Below are positions 39,770 through 53,511 of a stretch of DNA of 64,000 nt, in pieces (the first letter of the stretch is position 1; every line of letters begins with the position of its first letter). Source of the stretch: Auanema rhodensis (taxonomy: Eukaryota; Animalia; Nematoda); NCBI GenBank assembly GCA_964057225.1, contig OZ059899.1:12958001-13022000 (forward strand). Reading direction: 5' to 3'. A program made the translations under genes and the position numbers. The notes beneath the pieces were generated by a model. It searched no databases. It saw nothing but the letters and a program-made list of their open reading frames with translations, and was not told the DNA's origin.

Positions 39770-42700
39770 AAGAAGAAGAAGAACCAAGCTTGAATGAATT
39801 AAGAACAAACTCCTGCAAAGGCTGTGTTGTCGTCAACAAGGAAATGTAAATCTGTGAGTAAGATACTGATTATTCAGAATCTTGACAAGAATATATGAAT
39901 CAATATTGATATTAATCGAATAAGATAATGATAATTAGTATTAGTATATATACCTTCAGATATAGATGATTGATAGAAAAGTTGATGTTTTAAAGCATTA
40001 AGTTGCTTCAAATACTTTGTAATTGAGCGTGAAGTAGATGAGCCTTATGAGAGAAATCATTAGAAAAGATTGATTATGAGTGATAGAATACCTTCAATAG
40101 CTTTACGAGCTTTTGTTACTTTTCGTTGATACAACTCAGACATTGGATCTGTATGCATCAAATCTGAATATGATCAAGTTGGTTAGAACTTGAACAACTT
40201 GAATGTTATTTTCAAACCTTGTACAAACATTGTTTCTTCACTTTGATTAACCAATTGACTTTCAAGAACTAATGTTTCAAATCTCTTAAAAATACAAAAT
40301 TTGAGATTTGAATGAAAATAAGTTTAGAACCTGAATGAAGAAATCAAATGACAAGATAGTTTCTTCAGCCATTAAGGTCAATAAGATTCTGATGGCATGG
40401 ATAATCATTGGACGATCAAGGATACATGAATCAAATTGGGATTCGAAGCAGAAGCATATCAACTGAAACAATGAATGAGAATCTTCGTCTTGCTCTGATC
40501 TAGGTACAGTACCTTCAGTGTTTGGCTGGGAAGAGCTCTGATAGCAATGATGGCTCGCTGAGCTACGGTTGGATTAGGATCATGAAGTGATGTGACCAAG
40601 TGATAGAATAAGCCAGCTAATGATGTTTGGATGACTTTATTAGCTCGAACAGGTGTAGCTCGAATCATATGAGCAATCACATATGCTCTTCCAACTATTA
40701 TTTAAAATGAATATACTATATGATATAAGTAAGCTTATACCTGCTTCAAAACGAACTTTCCAATCTTTCGAAACGAAATCTGAATGTATAACCTTCCAGA
40801 ATGTATCTTCTCCCGGAGAAAATGTTAAGCAATGAAGAAGAAGCAGCGTTGCTAATTCACCAACTTGAACATAATCTGATCTTAATCTTTGCCATAGACG
40901 ACTGACCATCAAATTTTCCTTAAAATTAGCATAATTTACGTGAAAACTTATTTGAAATCATTTTTATAATTTCTGATCATAGTGAACGGTTGTTCAATAA
41001 TTTCAGATTTTTCAAAGATTTTTCAGAAAAAAAAGAAGAAAGAGCCTTACCTGAACCCAAATGAGAAATCCGCGATGTTCCCTACGGGCATTACTTAAAG
41101 CTTCACAATGAAGACAAAGATATTTTAAGCTATCTAATATGAAATACTCAACATCAGGATCTTCAACTGATTCCAAATTCTGGAAAGATGTTGGCTTCAT
41201 CTCATTTCTATGAATGAATTCATACCAATAGCAAAGAACGGATAAGCTTCAGTTGTGTAGGTAAATCATCTAAAGAGAATCGGAATCGTCCAACAGATGT
41301 ATCCCAGATATCATCAATCGGTTGATGAGGAGCATTCGTCGTCATTGGAGTATTTCCCTTAAAAATTTGATGATAAATGTTTTTTTGAAGATAAATAACT
41401 ACTTTTACTCCATGAACATTACTAGTTGTCAGAACATTTACGGTTTCTCGGCCAACATCTGTTTCCGTCAAGGTTACAGCTTCAGCTATTCCAATTTCGA
41501 CTTCTTCAGCTGGTAGTAATCCGACAAACTCTTCCGGCTGTTCCTCCATAGCTGCTGTTTGAAACTGTAGTCCACTGTTAACTACGAGAACATCAGCTAT
41601 GCTTGTTGGACCAATAGCAGCGGGAGAAGCTACAAGTATATAAAGCCCGCATGTTTATGCATTCCGGTATAACAAACCTCCTTTGCTAGCAGGTGCTGTT
41701 TGAGGTGATAGAACAGAACTTGGATGAGAGAGCGAAGATATATCTTCTAAGCCATCCAAATAGTCAGCACCGTCATCATCATCTGATGTTTTAATGGCAA
41801 CTTCCTATAATAAGAGTATGATTTTGCTTTTTATCACTGTTTCAAATCCATATTTTAGTGAAAACGGTCAGCTTTAAGGCTTCTGCTTTAGGTTCAGAGT
41901 AAAAGCTATAACTCACTTGTTTTGGGCTTACAGTTTCAATAATTTGCATAATCATTTGATGTAAAAATGCTGCTTGTTGACATGCTATAAATAACTTTTG
42001 TTTATACTTTTGATAAAAGTCAAAACAGAAAAAAACCTGAACAATCGGAAAAGCCATCTAATTCCGGATTTTTACATTCATGTATAGTAGTTCTTAATGG
42101 AACTGACAGCATGAGTGACAAGCATCCAAACAAGTGTTGATACAAGTGAGCATGTTCAGCATTGGTTACATCAATCTGTCGTAACTGAAAAACCAATATA
42201 AGAAGCTAAAGATATGATTCAGCTTTTCATCTTACTTGTAATACAATGATATCAATCATAATAATATGAATACTGACATCATCTTCTTCTAAATCATTCT
42301 CACCAAGTGGTGGTATAACCATAGTTGGCAATAAACGTAAAGCTTTACAGAAATCATCCAATAGTAATATCATTGGTACGGAAATTTCTAACCGTGACAG
42401 TTGCTGAAACAGGAAAGTATTTTGAGTCTCAACCACCATAAGTTCAAGTTTCATGTTTTAGTTTAGCAAGTTGCTATCTACTTAACAGCATATACATGAA
42501 CTTGAAAACCTTTCAACTTAATTGTAAAACATGAAACTTACATGTAACCACTGTAAAGCATTGAACATCTCATCATAATCTGTAGCTGCTAATCGTCTAC
42601 TAATGAATTCGAATACTTTAGCTATTTCAAATGGTAAAGGACAGAGATCTGATTCGAAAATTTTGCAAAGCAATATCTTCAATTCCGGCTGATTCTCTTC

Positions 42701-45628
42701 CGTACAATTCAGATGAATAGATTGAAGCCACAAAGGCATTACACGAGTCCATGTATCATGTGATATGATATCATAGGGCATCAACGATAATAATCTATAA
42801 CATTGTAAGTTGTTGCTCAAGTTGCTAAAGCTTATGATAAGTTTGATCATACCGTCCTAAGCCTTCCTTAATCTGTTCAATATACGGTCTGCCATCAACC
42901 TCATCAGTTTGTGGTGAAAGAGTCTTAATGAATACATCATCATGTATACGAATAGCCATATTTATCCAATCGCATACAAACTAAATTATTATAATTATAT
43001 TAAATATAAGTTTTTTATAAATTGTCTTCTCTTATTACATCAGTTTTCAATTGTTCCAGACTAGCCCCCATAGAATCATTTGGTAGTAAAGCTGTTGTGG
43101 AGAACCATTGAAAAACATTATACATTATATATCCAATTGCTTTCTATAAATAGATTTTCATATATTAATTTTCTTTTTCATCTTCTTCCAACACCAAAAA
43201 AAAACAAAAAAAGAGAGACCTTATCTGCTGATGGATCTGGTGGACATAAAGCTGCCATCAACCACACACCAAAACGACTTAGCATTCGACGTTCATCAGC
43301 CATTCGATCAATTTCCTGAAACGAAGACAAACAAATAGATAATTGAATTGAATAATTGAAAATATAAGAATAACATACTTTTCCCATTGAATGACCACCT
43401 TCCAATTGGCGAAGCCATTTAGGTCGTTTACCTTCACCTTCAGTTCCTGAAATAGTAAAAGAGCAATGAGAATTCAGAATCATTTCAGATAGTACTTACC
43501 TTCAAATTGAGTTGTTTCGCGAAGAAGCTTAACTACAGCTTCAACCATATCCCACATGATATCTTTTCCCCAAATTGTTCCACATCCTCTGTGTACAAGA
43601 TGTCCATGATTAGGAAGTGGATGTACAGCACGGAAACAATCCTATATTAAGAATAAAAATTGAATGATTAAAGCTTTAAGTTAAGTTCAAACCTGACAAA
43701 GTCTCATTGGCACATGAGCATGTGTTCGTGTACATTCTGGTGAAAAGCATATGCTTACAGCTAATCGAGATTGTGATTGACATTCCTAAAAGAAATTCAA
43801 TATAACTTTTTAAAAATTCAAGCTTAAACTATATAAATCAATCAATAATCAATAAAAAACGTCAAATTTTAAGTATAATTATGCTAATTATAATCATAAT
43901 TTTCATTTAAGCGCGTTGAAATAGACAAACTCGGTTGTGTTTACATCTAATTTACATCTAATTAATTATAAATTTATAATAATTATATTCTATTTTGCAT
44001 ATTTAATTGAAACAAAAAGAGAAACAAAAAGGAAACTCACAGCTCGTTGACATGTTGCATTACTGGCTGGAAGTGGCTGAGTTACTGTTTCTATTGTTGT
44101 TTTCTTTTCTCCCATAACATTATCAGCACATCGTTTGCATAGAAATAATGGAGGTGATGTATCTGCTATATCAGCACATACAACAGGATCAAAACATCGT
44201 TTAACACTAAATTATTATTAATTACTAAGAAGAATGTATAATGAGCATAGTTTACCCAGGTCCACGTTCAGTACATGAATTTGATTGACAGTTTACTGTA
44301 CCCCAAGCTATAATAATATGTATATACTATATGTAATATTATACATAAAAAGCTGTTTTTTTCTAATTTTTTACATTAAAAATAATCAATAATCATACTT
44401 ACCATGTACTTTATATTGTATTGTTTTTCGATGTAAAATATGTGGATTTGCAAATGGCCAATAATGAAAAAGTAGATTGGCAGCAGCAACTCGTGATTCA
44501 GATGTACCTTTAGCAATTACCTAAATGTCATTTGATTTTCAAAAAGATATTGATAAAAGACAATAATTTGAATAATTTGTTTGTTTATTTGTTTGTTTAT
44601 TTATTTATTTAAATGAAATATGAACATACTTGTGTAACATCATTGTATACATTAGTTGAACAACTCATTGCTCCTTCAACAATCCATGTATGTAAACCTT
44701 AATTATATTAATTATGTGTTAATTATATTCAAAATAGAATACTTGGATCAGTTGTATTTTGAAATACAAGCATAAGACATCCAGGTATTGATAACTTGAT
44801 TAATGTATCCTCAGTATTAGCAAATGGAAATACACAATCAGCTATTAAATGGACGATCTAAATGAAAACTTTTTATAAATTTATTTGTAGAATTTACAAA
44901 AGTTTTATCTTCAAGTTCAAACAGTTAAAGCTTTTCAGCTTGAACTTTCAGCTTCAAATTGAAATAGGAGATACTACTTGATGTACTTGAAGCTCATAGT
45001 ACTTACCTGCTTATCTAGTTCATGAGGAAAAATTGATAATTGACTAGCTACAAGTAGAGGAAGTTGCTCCAATGAATCTTTATCCAAAAAGATCATTAAA
45101 GCTTTGATTGTATCAAGAATTGCTTCGCCTATTGCTGTAAGATTTAAAGATGTTTTTAAACTTTGCAGCATGATAACCAACCTAATTGTCCTACAGTAAT
45201 CAATGGAAAAACATCTAATAAATTGCATATGGCATAGAATAAGCCAGAATAGTTGAGATTCGGATATAAGTTCCATCGTGCTGGATCCAAAGAAAATTTT
45301 CGGCAAAATTGTGTCTGATCCGATGGAAAATCTTTCAAAAACCTGAAAATTCGAAATTTCCAATTTAATTCATTAAGTTTTGTGAAATTTTAATTTTTTT
45401 TAGTAATAAGGGAAAATGATATTTGATATAATCTAATTAGATATTCATCTCATTTTTCGAGCTGTTTTTGCTATTTTTAATGAAAAAAATATTTTAAATT
45501 ATGTCAACAGAGCACAATTTCTAGAACACAGCTTGAAAGCATGATTACTTTTACTAGTATGATTGTACAATCTTTTACATTCCAATATCTATGTATATAT
45601 AGGCCCGTAAGAACATTTTCTCTCTCTC

Positions 45629-45677
<49 letters not shown>

Positions 45678-48600
45678 AGCAATAACCAGAGAAAAGGTCA
45701 GGAAATCATTATTCAAATTGTTGAGCATGTTGAATAGCCGACATGAAGCATGCAGAAGAAATTGACATTTTCTGATGTCCATATTAGGTGTGTGGGTCGG
45801 GCGTCAATTTGATGTAATCTGCATTCTGTCATGTTTGACAACCAAATACTTCATCGACATTTGTCTATTTTCCTTCTTAATTCTTATACATATGTCTTTC
45901 TTGCCATTCGTGCAAACCCTGACACTACATCGATGAGAGAGAGAGGGAGAGAGAGAGAGAGAAAGAGAGAATGGAGGTAGAGGTGAATTAACGTTGCGAT
46001 AGTCTAAAGTTGAAACTTTGAAACAAAGTTGTTTAGAGCACTAGAAAAAAAATTTTTTTTTCAAATTTGATGGTGTTCAAAGAAGGTGTATAAGAGCTTC
46101 TTGCGGGAAACAAATAGACGACGAATAAGGCGAGGGGAAAAGAAGCAGAAGAGATGAAGCACTTTGAGATTTAATACATTTCCAGTATGTCTTGTTCTAC
46201 AATTCAAAATTGTCCATCTTCTTTCTATATGTATGAAAACAAAGTTGCGAAGTTGTGCAGATACCAGAAGCGCCATTGAGATGCTTCTCGAATTTTTCCG
46301 TTTTTCACAAATCGTTTCATGAAAACCTTCAAGTTTACTGAATAGCATTCGTACTTGAAAAGATTTGCCTATCTGGAGTATGTTCTCGAACGAATGGAGA
46401 GGAAACCAAACGTACTCCACCAGCACTTTACATAAAGGTTTTTCAAGCTCATTCCTTCCAGCTTATGCTTAATCCATTGAACAATGTCTCTTCCATGAAC
46501 AGCTTGCAGAACTCTGGCAACTGTTTTCAATCGCAATCGTTATGAATACCTACTGAATTCAGTTGGCAGAAAGTTAGAGAAGAATGGAAATATTCTGGTT
46601 CAGATGAGGAGATGCAAACCAGCCGAAAGCGGAAAGGCAATTTCTGCATCTTGTCCTTTTCTGGGAGAATGCCTTTCCGTAGCTTTTCAATCTTTTCACG
46701 AAAACTAACTGTTTCGATCAGGAAGTTTGAACGACTTCCCACTCAAAGCATAGTCTATTTTCAGTCGTATTTGACTCATTATTTAGACTCCAATTAAATT
46801 TTTTTAATCAATTTTAGCTATGTGGCCATGAAATAAACTAGAAAAAACTGAAAGAAGTTTTCAAGATTGAAATTGCTCAACAGAGTAAGCTGTATAGTCA
46901 CGAAGTTGCACATGTTTAGAAATATGCACATAGTATACTGAAGCCAGTGTATACGTCAACATCTGTATATCCATATAGAATATCTTTTATGATTATTCTT
47001 ATCAAACTGTCTCTGAGGACTGCTGACCTCTGTTGTTGTTGAAACAAGCGCCTGAAGCGCTTGTAAGCTGCATTGTGAATAGTTGAAACAGGCAGCCCAT
47101 GGTACAACATCCAAACTTCCGTTTAAGGATCAGAGTCCGTCCGGATGAAGTTTCAAAGGCTTTTGTCATTCAGTTGTGCTGCTCTTCCTCTACTTGTTAC
47201 TAATGACTTTCCGTTTCAAACAAACTTTTCTTTATTTCTCCAAATATGGAAATGATGTTCATGACTGACAAAAGATCAAGTTGTAGTTGAAATGAGCAAC
47301 TTATCTTCTATTTTCTGCTCATCATCATCATCCTTGTGCTTCTTCATATGTGCTTACTACTCAAGTAGAAATTGGAACAAGTAACTGTCTGGTCAGAAGC
47401 ACCCTCTTCCTTTCGCTCTTAAGACGATGACCATGAAGAATATAGCTGTTTTTCATTTCAGCAACATATAGCTAATTGAAGAGAAGAAGCTTGCAGAATC
47501 GACTTGGTAGGATTAGGAATCGAAATGCGATTTCACGAGCGAAGACCAAGTACGCTACGTTGTGTGTTTGGCTTCGTTTTAAAACCAAAAGTTGCAGAAA
47601 ATATGCCAAAGTTATGACCACCGTTAGCTGTACAACTTGATTATCATTTTCAATTTTGCCTTAACTACTGTCAATCACTTTTTATCTTGAAAAATGATGT
47701 TATGTCTCATTCTAATGATCTGTTCTTTTCTGTTAATCTCTGATTGATAGCCAATTTGTAGTCTGAGTTTCGTGGGCGAATGATCATTGATAGCCGAGTT
47801 GTTCCGGCCTGCTTCAGATGCTTCATGACGATGGTGAATACCAGCATTGAATACTCTATCGCTCATCCTTGCTTTTTTCATTCTTCTTCAGAACAATCTC
47901 TCCAGTAATAGATGGTTGGAAATACTTCATCTTCCTTGTCTTCTACTGCTGCTCGATATCTTGCTCATCAGACGTTTTTTTTGTTTTTGGATGAGTTCAT
48001 CCTTTCATGAACCGCTCATTGTGGGCTATGTATGGTCATTAGTGAATGTCGATCTTAGCCAATAATGAATATATTTGGCTAAAGATTATACGTTTACAGC
48101 CTGACCAGCTTATTTGAACTCAACAACGTGATTTCAATCAAGAAATTCAGCGAAATACATGGAAATAACTTAATGCGGAATCAAGGCATCTACAATTGTA
48201 TTTTCTTATGCAAATTATCGCTCTAGAATCTGCATGAAGTGGGGAGCCACGTGAACAAATTCAGTGGGTTCTTCGTTTTTTTTTCTCAGAAAATTGGAAG
48301 GATCTTCTAAATGATAAGACTGAAAAGATGAACAAAAATAGAAAAAACGGAAGAGATAACTGAACGTAGTAGATGAGGAAGAAGATCAGAACACGTATAA
48401 GATATCGCTGATGAAGCATTACGTGATGCACATGTTATGGATCCATCATCTTTTTTCAATTTCCTCATGTTTCTACTTCCTTCTACGAACTTCTGCAACG
48501 ACTCTCAGATTTCTAGCCATGATGTCGTGAATGAGTAAGATATCTCATCTTACAATGAAAAAACTTTCGTCTATCCCCAATTTCAGTAAGAAATAATAGA

Positions 48601-48807
48601 ACGTTTTGAGAGAAAGGACAGAAGAAGCTAGCATAATTGGCGTTGCTGCTCTCAGATACATATATCGTTGTCATTTTAGGAAAAAAATTTCAAAATGAGC
48701 ACTTCTGAACGATTTTTCTCAGAATCAATTCAGAGAACAAGATACTGGAGTATATATAGATACGTTTCCGCCCTAGAAATTTGGTAAAAGACAAGATTTG
48801 CGTACTT

Positions 48808-48847
<40 letters not shown>

Positions 48848-51306
48848 TTTACTATTTCCCTCCTTTTCTTGGTATATTTCAATTTTACATCAATGTATCT
48901 TCCTCATAGACCAAAGGCTTAATTAGAGGAAATGGAGAACAATATCCATTTAGCTTTGAACGCTTTCATCCATCGTCGTCCTTCGGGCTATAAATCGTAT
49001 GAAAGATTGCATCATGTGCGTTATCCAGTATCTTCGTTTCAATGAATCTTCGTTTATCATTAGAACTTTGACATTTTTCTTTGAATCCAGCGACATATTG
49101 AAGTTAAAAACTGAACTTACCCAATGAGTGTCTGTTGAAAATATCGTAAAGTTGTGATGATTTCAGCATTACTGGGAGGTTGTTGATTTGTGGACAGCCG
49201 TAGTTGGAAATCGGATAATGTTCGGATTTTAGCCGAGACTGAAAAAAAAAATTAAAACGAGCATGAATAGCATGAAGAGCAGGTGGCAAAAATATTTTTT
49301 TAGGCTCCATAAATGAAGTTCCTCGTATAAAAACCTACAGGTATAGTATTTGAGTAGATAAGCCATTTAGGATAATTAAGAGAATTTAGGATTATAGCAT
49401 GTCCGATATGAGGAAGTTTAGATGAATCTACAGTGGATATTTGAAAAATAGATTTTTGCTATCGTAAAGCTCTACACCAACTCAAGATTCACAACTTCAG
49501 AATTTTCACGCACACGCTCTCTGTATCTTTTTCTCTTCACCCTTCCAATCGTGCTATATCTATCTATCTCTCTCTCTCTCTCTCTAGAATTAGTAGCAAA
49601 AAAACAGATTGGTTAAGAATATACTTCTGTATACTTGACAAATTCTCAGTCTCAGAGAGTTAAGAGAGAAACGATGGGAGAGAGAGACAAAAGATGGGTG
49701 GGATCCGGAACCCGTGAAGTCTCTTTGCCGTGCGACTCCCCTTGTCCGGCTCCTCCTCAGACTCCTTCTATAACTCTTTTTTCTCTATTTCTCTTTCCTC
49801 TCTTCTCAGATGGTACTCTCTACGCTGTCCTTTACAGAAAAGAGTATTTTCTCATCGTCCACATCTCTCAACTAACAGGCCATATTCTCATATACTCTTT
49901 CAACAGAGCTCGAATCATCTGCTTGTCTGATTGTCTCTGAGCAAACCAGTCTATTTCAACTCTTCTGTGCTCTTTTAACTCTAACCCCCCCCCCTCCACC
50001 AACACCGAACTCCGCCCACTTCTGCCACCCCGTCACAGACGGCAAATACGGCATCGACGACACACCCATCGGCCACATTCGCTGTGTGAGTCTTTGAACG
50101 TTGTGGCTGTGTCTTCGTTCGATCATCGTCATCTCTGTGAATCCAGATGAATTTTTCTATCTGATTCCGGTGACAGGTACAGTCTTTCACAAAGTTTTAC
50201 TTATCTCTATGAATCTCTTTCTCTCTATACCTCTCTTTATGTTGTAATTCTCATGCTCTAACCAAATAGGATACGGTAGTTGCTTATTGTAGCTTCAGAC
50301 TTAAATCTACAAAGTTTGATTCCTCTGCTCATTTGCATATTCATCTATGTTTAAGCTATATATAGAAGATTTCAAGCTTAATGATCTTTGTCTCAACTTT
50401 GAGCCATTAGATTCAAGCTGGTTGGGACAGACGGCGAATTGTAGGCTCATCCACCCAATCCTTATCCACCAAGAAAACCCATTCTTTTTAGCTTCATCAA
50501 GCTTCTTCATCAAGCTTCTTCAACAACTCTTAAGTTGTAGTATTTAGAAGCATAGTTGAAAGTCAAGAGGTACAGATCAAAACTATGAATAAGCAACCCA
50601 ACTGCCACGACAATTCGCGTGTTTATGAGGGATTTTAAATTTTTTTAGAAAACCAAAGATTCATATAAAGAAATTGTGAAAATATTTTTCTCAAATCTTC
50701 TCGAATATTTTTTCAATTAGCTTCTAAACTATACGTATCATTTAGAACTGTGAACATTAAAATAATTATAATGTATTGTAATTAATCATACTGAAATTAT
50801 CTAGTGGAAGCTCGATTACTATGCTTTTGCTGAGAATGATGTGCGATTCTTCAGTTGCTACTCTTCACTAAAGCCTAATCAACTCTAAAGTTCGTTACTA
50901 CACACACCCATTCGATGAATGTTTTTATCTACAATCGATTTTAGTTTTGCCAAACAAAATAAGCAAAAAAAGTAATATTACCAATGAATTTCCTTCAAAA
51001 CATGCAAATGCATTAGTCAGATTTGAAGTATTTTCAGATCATAGAAAAAGCCATTTAGCCAATGGATCGGTAATTATCTGTTTTAATAATTAGATGAAAC
51101 GAAAAGAGAAAACTATGATCTTCCTAATACTGAAATTAGCAAACAACGGGGTAAAAAGCCAATTTATGGGAAAAGAAATTCAATTAAATAGCCATAAGAA
51201 GAAAAAGAAGAAGAACGACTAACAGTAGTAGTCATAGTGATGGGAAAAATAAAAGATTAAAAACAGTTAAAATCAACTTACATGTGGCCGCACGTGTTGT
51301 AGCCAT
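33783..51306 (-). CDS. unc-79: UNC-79, auxiliary subunit of the NALCN/NCA sodium leak channel complex. Many short exons; first coding exons 51306-51282, 49238-49121, then 45342 onward
   Basis: N-terminus MATTRAATF|SAKIRTLSDFQLRL...LRYFQQTLIG|FLKD...YPNLNYSGLFYAICNLLDVFP. Internal ILDSLKYLCLHCEALSNARREHRGFLIWVQ and FIPWLMSPPS. C-terminus WLKKVRYKISQVELQTSAASPFYNV*. All match known UNC79 blocks. Confidence 0.95.
46205..46660 (+). mobile_element. Possible highly decayed RTE-like endonuclease relic in unc-79 intron 2, antisense to the gene
   Basis: Fragments in order across frameshifts: VHLLSIC.KTKLR, RFAYLEY, IKVFQAH, LFHEQLAEL, IVMNTY*IQL and GRKLEKNGNILVQ. They resemble the APE endonuclease motifs (ET, RIxxL, QxYAP, FYExL, IVMGDFN, NGxxL). 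Confidence 0.35.
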
Positions 51307-51961
51307 TGTTCAGGTTATTGCATGGGTTGGATATGGCTAAAACTTGCACAAACTTTGTTCAAAGTTTTAGCACAACACGACAAAATAGTTATTACGAGAG
51401 TAATCAGCTTCAATTTATTATACGTGACATGTATGCACACGTAGAACGGAATCGAAACTTTCGTCGTTCGCGTTGCGGCTTCTGAAGCGTCGGCGCCGAT
51501 GGCTGTTTTTGGATAGCGCACTCTCTACGCGAGGGCCTGAAGGCCTGACGTGCTCTCTTCTCTATCCCCCCCCCCCCCTGAGGACCAAGCAAAATCGATT
51601 CTATGCAGGCTCCAAGAGCGTTGCGGCACATACTATTGCACCCAAGTCGTCCGAGCTTCTGCTTTTCGTCATAACTAGATAGAGCTAGAAGATGTGAACA
51701 AGATGAAGAGTAACATGTGGGAGGAGATATATTAAAGATCTGAACAAGATTATAGCAACGTTTCAACTTTGTCACACATTTCAGAACTATTCGTAATCTA
51801 ATCTCTCCGTCCGACGGCAGGAACATGTGTGAACGTTGAAAAAATGAGAAAATTCATTCGGCATAGCCATTAACAGTAACAATTTGAATAACAGATAACA
51901 ACAAAAACAATGACTTTCAATTAAACAACTAGTTAAACAAAGGAATTATAAATTCAGATAC

Positions 51962-53236
51962 CTAGGCAAGTGTAGCCACTTTGCCCTGTACAGTAATACC
52001 AGCTTTCTCCAATTTTTCATCAAATATGGAATCATCTTCAATATCTCCACAAACAGTTTTATATTCTTCAAGAACTGCTGATCTCAATTTTTTAACCTAA
52101 AATTCTTAGTGTAAACAAAAGTTTTCGATTCTTAGGTAACCTTCATTTCTCCTCCGGCTTCCTTCAACTTTCTTTTGATGGTAGACTTCCATTTGAAAGT
52201 GACAGCTTCTTGGTTTTCCTAAAATTGTTTCAGATGAGCTAGAAGAAGATATATGGATCGCAAATAAATTTTAAAAATAGATGTATAAGTAGCCATTAAT
52301 CAAAAATGTCTAAAGAAGCAAGATAATTGACGTCATGAGAAAAAAATGAAAATTAGCAGGACAAGAAAAAGATTCAAAAAAGAGATTATTTCAAAATTTT
52401 AAAACATAGCAACCGGTTGCAAAAACGCTTTAGACATTAACTTTAATGTTAAGCATTCAATATGAGTTTTCAGATATATAATTATAATTACAAGTATTCT
52501 TCGAATAATTATAATATGGAGTAAAAGGATTAAGAAAAACGTAATACTCACAGTATTTTTGGTTTCCTCCTTGTCAACTTCGGTTTTAGCAACTTCAGCA
52601 GCTTCAGTCTCTTCCTTTTTCTTTTTCTCTTCCTCTTGGGCCTTCTGGGAAAAAAGATATTGTTTATTTTTCTCAAGTATTCAATTATAAAACCTTAGCG
52701 TCTTCTGCTTCTTTCCTCAACTTATCAGCTTCAGCTGCAATAGCTTTCCAAGCTCTAACACAGAGATCACGATCACGTATCCGGCAGGAGTTAGTGAGAA
52801 AATTGATAAATTTAGCTTCCTGAAAGTCAAATTTCAAATATAATTGACCTAGAATGTAGACTTACCTTTCGTGGAATATTAGAATAACCTTGTACACTTT
52901 CTAGTAACCTCTTAAGGGATGGATCTTTAACGAAAGCTGTAGCTCTTTCAACTTGATCACACCAAGCGTTCTGTTTTAGTTCACCCTTGGCTTCTTTTTC
53001 AATATAATCCTTTCCACCATATTTCTGATTTTCAGTAATACATTTAATATGCTGAGAATAATTTTCAATACTATAAGAACAGAATACGTAAGGTAATGAG
53101 AAGAAACCAAAACATACGTAAAGATCATTTGACAATCCATACAACTATAACCACGGGAGTGACAACGATAACTATGCTTCTCCACCTGATTTTTCTTCAG
53201 GGATTCGCCACATTTGTCACAACAGAAGAAAACCAT
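51962..53236 (-). CDS. LYAR: Cell growth-regulating nucleolar protein LYAR orthologue (C2HC zinc fingers)
   Basis: MVFFCCDKCGESLKKNQVEKHSYRC...SCMDC...HIKCITENQKYGGKDY...NIPRK...KFINF, and C-terminal FKWKSTIKRKLKEAGGEMK...KLEKAG...VATLA*. Confidence 0.93.
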
Positions 53237-53511
53237 CTAAAGAAAAATAATGTTTAACGTCACAAGTTATTAGGTTTTTATAAAGTAAAATAAACGATAA
53301 AACGTTATTTTTTAAAAGTACACCATAGAAATAAATTATTTTTTTAAAAACAGCCAAGATCACAGGTTAAAATTCATAAAAACAAAGCGAGTATCGTAGA
53401 GAAAAAAATATTTCAAACCGTATTAATATTTCGCCCACTGATATAAATATTAGTTATCACAGCCATTATTATGTAAAATTAAACACGGAAAATAAATTAA
53501 AATATAAAATA

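Noticed and set aside
46420-46545. Minus-strand peptide VHGRDIVQWIKHKL, DEP-domain-like
   Set aside because: It is short, bounded by stops and lacks splice support. The opposite strand fits a decayed retroelement better.
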